Origin: Bdellovibrionia bacterium
GTDB taxonomy: Bacteria; Bdellovibrionota; Bdellovibrionia; Bdellovibrionales; JAGQZY01
Direction of reading: 5' to 3'
NCBI GenBank assembly: GCA_030427805.1
Contig: JAUICP010000003.1
Span: 6,756 to 70,755, forward strand
DNA: 64,000 bases
A program made the translations under genes and the position numbers. Positions 55,273 to 62,434 of the stretch are shown piece after piece. Position 1 is the first letter of the stretch. Every line of letters starts with the position of its first letter. The notes beneath the pieces are model-generated. The model worked only from the letters and a program-made list of their open reading frames with translations, ran no database searches and was not told where the DNA came from.

Positions 55273-56751
55273 TCAATCTTTGAGTTTCAGTCCCACTTTA
55301 GAGGGTAATCCTTTACTTTTATTATAATTCGCATTCATCAGATCGTGCTGCGACTTAACAAATAGCAGACTTAAGTTAATTTGCTGGGAAAGCTCAGAGG
55401 TCATCTCAGCAATTTTCTCGGCATTGGCTTCTTTGGAGATAACTCGGTCCTGGAGCATGTGCAGCTCAAAGAGCTGACCCGTCACACGATTTAAGCGCTC
55501 GTAGAGAGGAAGATAGTATATTTGCTTTCTAAACTCTCTTGATTTCATTTGTTCAAAAAGTTCGATGAGTTTGTTTTGGCGTTCGAGCCAATTGCTCGAA
55601 AACAGTCCCCAAGACTTTCGGTCTTCATTAGTAGATTCTTTTACGAAACTATCGATACTCGTCTTATATTGAGTTCTTAGCGAGTCAACGACATCGGCGA
55701 TCTCGTTGAGCTCAAGGCGAGCATTCTGTCTGGTTTGTTCATGAAAGCTTCGCAACTCAGCTTTGTAAGACTCATGATTTTCAACTCCGAAAAGATAGCG
55801 ATGCTCATAGAGATCCTGATCTCCTTTTGCACATGACGTACAAGTCACTTTAACATCGTAAAAACCTGCAGGGATAAACTGCCCTGTGACTTCGCGAATC
55901 GGCTGAGTTTGGAATATTTTTGAACTCAAGCTCAACTCGATCACTTTTTGAAAACGATGGGCACCGAGTAGAGTCGTTGGATCGCCACTAATTTGAATAC
56001 GAACCTGAGAACCCACTGGCAAGTTAGTTGCCGCCATTAATACTGGATCGCGAAGACTCGAATCCTTTTCGATGAGGGTGAAACTCGCTTTTTGTGTTGT
56101 TTCTGGGAGTTGACTTACTGAGTATAGCTTTTGCTTTACATCCGAGGGGAGCTCATCAACAAAGCTTTTCTCCGGGCCACTGGTAACAAGTAAAGTCACT
56201 CCAATAACGAGGGTCATGATAAAAAGAATCATGGACGCTCTTCTGTAGAGCCATTCACGGCGGGACATACCAACCGAACTCACCATTCGATCAATCTTAG
56301 CCATGTAAGGCGCAGGAATTTTTCCTTTAATCTTCTCGATAATAGGGCTCTGCACGACTTCGTCGATGATGGTCTCAACACCTGTTTGAACTTGATTCGT
56401 AAAACTCAAATCATTTTGATTTTGTTCAAATTGAATTCGATCGATTGTTCCGACTCGAGCCGCTCGAGAGAAATCATTGTCGTTCATATTCTTGATCACT
56501 TCCGAACCACAGGCCCGGAAACATTCAATTTCTTTAATTTTAGTCCACTGGGAGAAGCCCGGTCGCCAAATAAAGTGATCGATGGAAATCCACTTTTTAA
56601 GAAGATAGCGACTCACCTGTTTTGAGCTTAAAGGGCCGAAATGTCGCTCATCGCGAAAAATAAACCAATCACTCAACTGGTGACCGTCTTCGATCACTTG
56701 TTGATTTACAGGCGAAACAATATGTTGGGTTTCGGAACTTAGTCTATCCAC
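55273..56751 (-). CDS. GYF_2 (DUF4339) inner-membrane protein with periplasmic domain
   Basis: WFIFRDERHFGPLS...FIWRPGFSQW..I; single TM MILFIMTLVIGVTLLV. Confidence 0.8.
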   Translation of the reverse strand: MDRLSSETQHIVSPVNQQVIEDGHQLSDWFIFRDERHFGPLSSKQVSRYLLKKWISIDHFIWRPGFSQWTKIKEIECFRACGSEVIKNMNDNDFSRAARVGTIDRIQFEQNQNDLSFTNQVQTGVETIIDEVVQSPIIEKIKGKIPAPYMAKIDRMVSSVGMSRREWLYRRASMILFIMTLVIGVTLLVTSGPEKSFVDELPSDVKQKLYSVSQLPETTQKASFTLIEKDSSLRDPVLMAATNLPVGSQVRIQISGDPTTLLGAHRFQKVIELSLSSKIFQTQPIREVTGQFIPAGFYDVKVTCTSCAKGDQDLYEHRYLFGVENHESYKAELRSFHEQTRQNARLELNEIADVVDSLRTQYKTSIDSFVKESTNEDRKSWGLFSSNWLERQNKLIELFEQMKSREFRKQIYYLPLYERLNRVTGQLFELHMLQDRVISKEANAEKIAEMTSELSQQINLSLLFVKSQHDLMNANYNKSKGLPSKVGLKLKD

Positions 56752-56913
56752 TCCACTATTTTAGATCGGGAGGTCTAAAGTGGCTATGGCCCTCGACCTA
56801 TTCAGATCCAAGGTACTTATTTATTTTTAGCGCCATTTTTTTGACACAAAATCGAGAAGAAACAGCACAGGATCAAAGGCTGTTTGAGTCGCTGAGCTTG
56901 GCGAAGAAGTTAC

Positions 56914-57114
56914 CTATGGCTCAGGATTAAAGGCTGTTTTGCTGGCTGGGCATGATGATTTTAGTTATGGCTTAGAGTCGCGGTTTTTTTGCTGGTTGGG
57001 CGTGATGATTCTAGCTATGGCTTAGAGTGCCAGTTTTTTTGCTGGTTGGGCATGATGATTCTAGCTATGGCTTAGAGTGCCAGTTTTTTTGCTGGTTGGG
57101 CATGATGATTCTAG
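56914..57114. repeat. Tandem repeat, 50-bp unit, about 4 copies
   Basis: CTATGGCTTAGAGTGCCAGTTTTTTTGCTGGTTGGGCATGATGATTCTAG recurs with period 50 (GCTGG at 56941, 56991, 57041, 57091). Confidence 0.9.
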
Positions 57115-57117
57115 TCC

Positions 57118-57366
57118 AAGCTCATGGGCGACGTTCCTACCGATTCTAATCGACGGAGGCGTCGAAGCTCATGGGCGACGTTCCTACCGATTCTAATCGA
57201 CAGAGGCGTCGAAGCTCATGGGCGACGTTCCTACCGATTCTAATCGACGGAGGCGTCGAAGCTCATGGGTGACGATCCTACCGACTCCAATCGACAGAGG
57301 CGTCGAAGCTCATGGGCGACGTTCCTACCGATTCTAATCGACGGAGGCGTCGAAGCTCATGGGCGA
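57118..57366. repeat. Tandem hairpin repeat, 47-bp unit, about 5.3 copies
   Basis: AAGCTCATGGGCGACGTTCCTACCGATTCTAATCGACGGAGGCGTCG at 57118, 57165, 57212, 57259, 57306; internal CGACG/CGTCG and CGATT/AATCG stems. Confidence 0.95.
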
Positions 57367-57483
57367 AGGCCGTTGCGAGAGCTTTTTCCGTCATAAGGCT
57401 TGAAAAAACCGGATCAAAGCATGCCTTTAATAATTCTTAAGAAGGCAAAGTGATTTAGACTAAAATTAAGACTATTTCGTGAC

Positions 57484-57620
57484 CTCCGCTGGATCCTTAA
57501 TACGAGTGGCTCGCTGAATCCTAATAACTATTAGTCCGCAGGACCCTAACTAATAGCTCGCTGGATCCTAACTATTAGCCCGCAGGCCCCTATTAACTAT
57601 TGGCCTGCCGGTTCCTTAAT
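57484..57620. repeat. Degenerate ~24-28 bp tandem repeat
   Basis: Recurrent CGCTGGATCCTAA(C)TA(T)TAG-like units. Confidence 0.6.
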
Positions 57621-57762
57621 ACCTGTAGTGACTCAATTTCTTCTAAAACCCGTCGCTTAACTTAGACTTTTATCGGGCTGGCGCCCTAAATAGCACCAAA
57701 CTGGACTCTAAACGGGTTCGAGAACTTCCGATATTTTAAACAGAAGAAAAGGGAGCTAAATC

Positions 57763-58590
57763 GTGAATGTATCTTCGCTTTTAGGATTAATACTCGCACT
57801 CGTGGTGTTCTTAATCGTGGCATTGACCTCGGTAAAGAATCCCGTGGTATTTCTGGATTGGCACGCAGGCTTGATTGTGATCGGTGGTACTTTCGCAGCC
57901 ACACTTCTTAGTTTCTCTGGGAAGAACATGATTAAACTCATGAAAATCTTCTTAGTGAAAATTCTTCGAGGCAATCAGCAGCAATATGCAGATCTGATTA
58001 ACGAGATCGTCGATTTAGCCAAGGGATATCGCGAAAACGATGCTTATCTGGCGCAAGCTGCGGAAAATATTAAAAACCCCTTTCTCAAAGAAGCTGTTGA
58101 ATTAATTTCTGAAGGTGGTCTCACTTCTCACGAGATTGACCAAATTTTAGTGAAACGTGCAAAGACGACGAACAAGCGCTATGAGGAAGATGCACATATG
58201 TTCACAACGCTCGCAAAGTTCCCGCCTGCGTTCGGACTTCTTGGCGCCGTGGTCGGGATGGTTTCGTTAATGCAGAACTTAGGTGGAGCGGACGCAATTA
58301 AAGGTGTTGGCCCCGCCATGGCCGTTGCCCTCGTTGCCACCCTTTACGGGATTGCAATCGCCAACTTTATTTTTATTCCACTTGGAGAGAACCTCTCTAA
58401 GTTTAATAGGCAAGACAAAACGATGCGTACAATGGTCATCGACGGCATGAAAATGGTTCGAGCCAAGAAACACCCCCTACTCGTCGAAGAAAATATTAAA
58501 AGTTATATTTTACCGAGTGAAAGGGAGCTGTTCGAACAAGCGAAAGCTGGAGCCGGTGGCGACACCCCTTCGGACCAAGAGGCCGCATAG
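57763..58590 (+). CDS. motA: Flagellar-type stator protein MotA
   Basis: LIVIGGTFAATLLSF, NPFLK, PPAFGLLGAVVGMV, AMAVALVATLYG..ANFIFIP. Confidence 0.93.
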   Translation: MNVSSLLGLILALVVFLIVALTSVKNPVVFLDWHAGLIVIGGTFAATLLSFSGKNMIKLMKIFLVKILRGNQQQYADLINEIVDLAKGYRENDAYLAQAAENIKNPFLKEAVELISEGGLTSHEIDQILVKRAKTTNKRYEEDAHMFTTLAKFPPAFGLLGAVVGMVSLMQNLGGADAIKGVGPAMAVALVATLYGIAIANFIFIPLGENLSKFNRQDKTMRTMVIDGMKMVRAKKHPLLVEENIKSYILPSERELFEQAKAGAGGDTPSDQEAA

Positions 58591-58609
58591 TGATTTTGCT
58601 TAATTGAGA

Positions 58610-58794
58610 ACTCGTTGAATCGGGTTCAGTTGATTTGGGACTCGTTGAATCGGGTTCAGTTGATTTGGGACTCGTTGAATCGGGTTCAGTTGATTTGGGA
58701 CTCGTTGGATCGGGTTCAGTTGATTTGGGACTCGTTGGATCGGGTTCAGTTGATTTGGGACTCGTTGGATCGAGTTCGACTGGTGAGGGACTCG
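58610..58794. repeat. Tandem repeat, 30-bp unit, about 6 copies, between motA and motB
   Basis: ACTCGTTG(A/G)ATCGGGTTCAGTTGATTTGGG with period 30. Confidence 0.95.
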
Positions 58795-58900
58795 CGGATT
58801 TAAATCCGACAAACAGGACGGGGCCTCACTAGCGATACAGAGTACGTGATAGATAAAAAAATAGTCGGAACATATTTCGACTCAGGAGTAAAAAAGGCAA

Positions 58901-59608
58901 ATGTCAGCATTAGAAGATCAAGAATTTGAAGATGATGCCCTCCTCGATGACGAGGATGACGCCCCTAAGGAGCACGACACCGAAGGTGTATGGCTGATAA
59001 GTTACGCGGATATGATGACTCTGCTAATGGGCTTCTTCGCTCTTCTTACTTCAATGTCTTCTTTTAACGAAGAACAGTTCAAAGAAACGGCCGAAGAGGC
59101 AGCCCTCTATTTTGGTGGAGAAGTGGTTTCTGCCTACGAAAACCTGGGAAAAGCCATTGAAAAGTTGATCGCCAAAAAGGGACTCGAAGAACAAGTTCAA
59201 ATTAAGGTGAGCAAAACGGGTATCACTCTCACCTTTGAGGGAACTCTCTTTTTTAGTTCCGGTTCATTTCAGTTGAGAGAAGGCGCTACCCTACTCATGG
59301 ATCAGCTCCTGCAAATTCTCGATCAAGAGGCTCACAATAAAAAATTTCTTATCGAAGGTCATACAGATGATGTTCCTATTAACAAGGGTATCATCCGCAG
59401 TAACTGGGAATTGAGTTCGCTTCGAGCGACAGCCGTCGCCCGTCTATTTGAAAAATACCAGTTTAAGCGCGACCAAATCCTCACTATTGGTTTTGGAGAA
59501 ACCCGCCCGGTTCTTCGCAATCGCGATGAACAAGGGAAAGCGATTTCTAAGAACCAAGACCAAAACCGCCGAGTCGTTCTCAAGGTTATGGACACCCTGC
59601 CGTTCTAG
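58901..59608 (+). CDS. motB: Flagellar-type stator protein MotB (OmpA-like PG-binding C-terminus)
   Basis: WLISYADMMTLLMGFF TM with the Asp; IEGHTDD, NWELSSLRA, GFGETRP, NRRV. Confidence 0.93.
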   Translation: MSALEDQEFEDDALLDDEDDAPKEHDTEGVWLISYADMMTLLMGFFALLTSMSSFNEEQFKETAEEAALYFGGEVVSAYENLGKAIEKLIAKKGLEEQVQIKVSKTGITLTFEGTLFFSSGSFQLREGATLLMDQLLQILDQEAHNKKFLIEGHTDDVPINKGIIRSNWELSSLRATAVARLFEKYQFKRDQILTIGFGETRPVLRNRDEQGKAISKNQDQNRRVVLKVMDTLPF

Positions 59609-59614
59609 TTGCAT

Positions 59615-59704
59615 TAATAAAAAAAGCCCCGACAGAGCGACGTAATAAAAAAAGCCCCGACAGAGCGACGTAATAAAAAAAGCCCCGACAGAGCGACGGG
59701 GCCT
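59615..59704. repeat. Triplicated 28-bp terminator half ending in a complete hairpin
   Basis: TAATAAAAAAAGCCCCGACAGAGCGACG x3 (59615, 59643, 59671), then GGGC closes a GCCCCG/CGGGGC stem. Confidence 0.9.
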
Positions 59705-60038
59705 AAGAGAGAGATGATGGTTGTGCTGAGGAACTCATCCTTACTTTTTCTCCAGCACAAAAGGTTCACGAGAGGGGTAGAGGTCAATCCTTGACTTGAA
59801 CCTAGATTACCAAAAAGAGTGTAAAGCCACTGCAAAAGCCTCATTTTGTAGCCGTTAATTTACAATGGCCATGCTTTTTAAACTAGAATCCGTTGAGAAC
59901 TTGTTACCATCGACTCAATCTGAAGACTGCCCTGGCGTGTTAAGATGTTGTCCATTCACGAGTCCCACAACAACGAATCCCTGTTTTCGTATTCATCACT
60001 AAAAATTTAGTTCAGTTCTACAAAAAAACATTTCTGTT

Positions 60039-60067
60039 TTGACATCGCTGGTTTATTATTCTATATT
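60039..60067 (+). promoter_or_regulatory. sigma70-type promoter of the RAYT-like gene
   Basis: TTGACA-N17-TATATT. Confidence 0.6.
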
Positions 60068-60077
60068 CTCAAGTAAT

Positions 60078-60707
60078 TTGAAAAATCAGACGAACTTTTT
60101 TAAAAACTTAGAGACGAACCCTGGTCGGATTAAGGGAAAGCAGGGGGCGAAATCCAGAGGACGACCTCGAATCCGTCCTCCTAAAAGCTTTGGGGGCTCT
60201 TATTTTAAAAACTATAACCCTAGAGAACAGCGACCTATCAATCAAAATCAGGCACTACACCTTGTTCTCAAATCGTCTCAAGCAACGGGGGTTCGCTCTT
60301 TCAAAAACAAAAAATTCGAAATAAAAATTTGGCAAATCATCAAAAAACATGCTCAAAAGAACTCTATTAAAATCTACGAGTACGCCAATGCGGGAAACCA
60401 TCTGCATCTCTTAATTCGGGTTAAGAGAAGGGACTTTTATAATAAATTTATTCGAACGATCACCGGGTTAATTGCAAGGCTTGTTAAATCCATCGAAAAC
60501 GGGGCACCAATAGTGAAATCATTTTGGGACTCTCGCCCTTATTCAAGAATCGTTGGTTTTCGAGGTCGAGAATTTAAGATGGTTAAACTTTACCTCACGA
60601 GAAATACCTTCGAGGCGATCGGATTTATACCCAAAATAAAGCGTTCTAAAAAACTAAACTCGGAATGGAAAGAGTTTTGGTATCGCCTCGTCTCAGTTCC
60701 GGGCTAA
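60078..60707 (+). CDS. REP-associated tyrosine transposase-like HUH (Y1) protein
   Basis: HLVLKS, GNHLHLL (HUH), FWDSRPYSRIV and YLTRN catalytic Tyr helix; no flanking IS ends or tnpB seen; likely TTG start at 60078. Confidence 0.8.
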   Translation: MKNQTNFFKNLETNPGRIKGKQGAKSRGRPRIRPPKSFGGSYFKNYNPREQRPINQNQALHLVLKSSQATGVRSFKNKKFEIKIWQIIKKHAQKNSIKIYEYANAGNHLHLLIRVKRRDFYNKFIRTITGLIARLVKSIENGAPIVKSFWDSRPYSRIVGFRGREFKMVKLYLTRNTFEAIGFIPKIKRSKKLNSEWKEFWYRLVSVPG

Positions 60708-60774
60708 AACCAACAGTCACTCGCTCTTTGCTATCTTGCGACGACGCCGACTCCGCTCAAAAAAACACCCCCCC

Positions 60775-60910
60775 TGCACCAAGTGCCATTAGCAACCGCA
60801 CCAAGCGCTATCAGTAACAGCTCGAAGTGTAGCCAGTCCAAACACCACGTGAAATGACTCTCGGCCATCGGCGACCACTAAAGAACAGCAACCGCTCGAA
60901 GCGGAGCCAC
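60775..60910. repeat. Degenerate short repeats downstream of the RAYT-like gene
   Basis: GCACCAAG x2, GCAACCGC x2, GCTCGAAG x2 in related contexts. Confidence 0.4.
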
Positions 60911-61007
60911 CCCACCAACACGCAACCATCCCTACCCACCGCCCAACCACCCCTCCAGATCAATGCCAAAGAGCGACAAAAAGACTCCCCTTGAAATGTA
61001 AAAAACT

Positions 61008-61035
61008 ATTACGTGGCTTTTACAGGGGATTTACA
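61008..61035 (+). promoter_or_regulatory. OmpR/PhoB-type direct-repeat box
   Basis: ATTACG / TTTACA / TTTACA at 11-bp period (61008, 61019, 61030) upstream of the regulator. Confidence 0.45.
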
Positions 61036-61084
61036 CGCTTTTCTAAAATCCTGTGATATTTTTTATACTTACAGGAGGTATTTC

Positions 61085-61885
61085 ATGATAAATTTAGCAT
61101 TCAATCAGTCCACAAACGGTTTTGGACAAATAGAGCAAGACGCAGACTCGAAAGGACTCAAACCCATGAGCGATAAGCGCCGAATTTTAATAGTTGAGGA
61201 TGAAGATTCAATCGCCCAAGGTCTGATTGATGTATTTGTTTTTCACGGCTTCGAAGTAGACCGAGTCGCCGATGGAGGCGAGGGTTTACAAAAAGCTCAA
61301 TCTGGCAATTACGACCTTTTACTTCTAGACGTCATGTTGCCGACGATGGATGGTTTCACAATTTGTAATAACATTCGAAAAGAAGATCGCAGCCAACCCA
61401 TCATAATGCTCACAGCAAAAACCTCCGAAGAAGACATTATCACGGGACTCACTCTCGGTGCCGACGACTATATCTCCAAACCATTTTCAGTCAGAGAACT
61501 CGTTCTTCGAGTCGAAGCTGTTCTTAAAAGAACCAGCAAAGAAGAAAAAGTATTCGATGAAATTCAGATTGGTAATTACCTCAAAGTCGATGCCGTTAAT
61601 CTTAAGGGTGAGTATCTTGACGAAACCGTCACTGAAGAAGCCATATTTACTCGTAGAGAAGTTGATATTCTCAAATACTTGGCCCAAAACTCTCACCGCC
61701 CCGTCGGTCGCGATGAACTTCTTGAAAAAGTTTGGGGATACGCCAGTGGTTCAAATATCGAAACTCGAACAGTTGACATTCACATCGCCAAACTTAGAAA
61801 GAAAACAGAACCACAGCCCAAAGAACCCGTTCACCTTATAACGGTTCGTGGCGAAGGTTACCGACTGATTTCGAGTCAGACTTAA
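61085..61885 (+). CDS. OmpR/PhoB-family response regulator
   Basis: ILIVEDE, LLDVMLP, MLTAK, GADDYISKPF, wHTH TRTVDIHIAKLRKK...TVRGEGY; AGGAGG before ATG 61085 (alternative ATG 61166). Confidence 0.93.
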   Translation: MINLAFNQSTNGFGQIEQDADSKGLKPMSDKRRILIVEDEDSIAQGLIDVFVFHGFEVDRVADGGEGLQKAQSGNYDLLLLDVMLPTMDGFTICNNIRKEDRSQPIIMLTAKTSEEDIITGLTLGADDYISKPFSVRELVLRVEAVLKRTSKEEKVFDEIQIGNYLKVDAVNLKGEYLDETVTEEAIFTRREVDILKYLAQNSHRPVGRDELLEKVWGYASGSNIETRTVDIHIAKLRKKTEPQPKEPVHLITVRGEGYRLISSQT

Positions 61886-62295
61886 GGGCGCCGAACGAGT
61901 CCCAACTGATTTCGAGTCAGTCCTAGGGATCCCGAGCAAGCCCCCGACTGATCTCGAGTCAGTCCCAGGGGCACCGAACGAGACTCAACTGATTTCGAGT
62001 CAGACTTAAGGGCGCCGAACGAGACTCAAGCGCTCCGAGCGAGCCCCCGACTGATTTCGAGTCAGACTCAAGGGCGCCGAACGAGACTCAGGGGCACCGA
62101 ACGAGACTCAAGCGCTCCGAAAGAGCCCCGACTGATTTCGAGTCAGTCCTAGGGATCCCGAAAGAGCCCGACTGATTTCGAGTCAGTCCTAGGGATCCCG
62201 AACGAGTCCCGACTGATTTCGAGTCAGACTTAGGGGCACCGAACGAGCCTCAGGCGCGCCGAACGAGACTCAACTGATTTCGAATCGGCCCTAAG
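61861..62295. repeat. Mosaic hairpin repeat array (REP/BIME-like)
   Basis: Nine copies of an ACTGATTTCGAGTCAG core (61864, 61905, 61947, 61988, 62050, 62131, 62171, 62212, 62273) alternating with ~20-bp AGGGCGCCGAACGAGACTC-like modules. Confidence 0.9.
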
Positions 62296-62434
62296 TCGAA
62301 GACTGAGTTGACAGACCGACTTACCAAAAGTCAGTCTGAAAAAATAAACGGCAATAATCCTCTAGCTGAGTCCATTCAGCTAGAGGAAAAGTTTAGAAGG
62401 AAAAAGGACTGCCGCAAAATCGAAAGCAGTCGAA

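Noticed and set aside
57118-57366. 47-bp palindromic repeats as a CRISPR array
   Set aside because: Units are head-to-tail with no unique spacers, and no cas genes are in the window.
58600-58832. Short repetitive ORFs (QRVPNQLNPI, DRVQLIWDSL, GLVGSGSVDL)
   Set aside because: By-products of a 30-bp tandem repeat that is open in several frames; no RBS or coding evidence.
57763-59608. MotA/MotB pair as Zorya ZorAB defence genes
   Set aside because: MotA is a short canonical four-TM flagellar type with no long ZorA tail, and there are no zorC/D/E-like neighbours.
60078-60707. Active IS200/IS605 insertion sequence
   Set aside because: No tnpB and no evident matched subterminal hairpin ends; the motifs fit a RAYT-like protein better.
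61861-62295. Hairpin plus variable intervening sequence as a CRISPR array
   Set aside because: The intervening segments are variants of one another, not unique spacers, and the core is only 16 bp.
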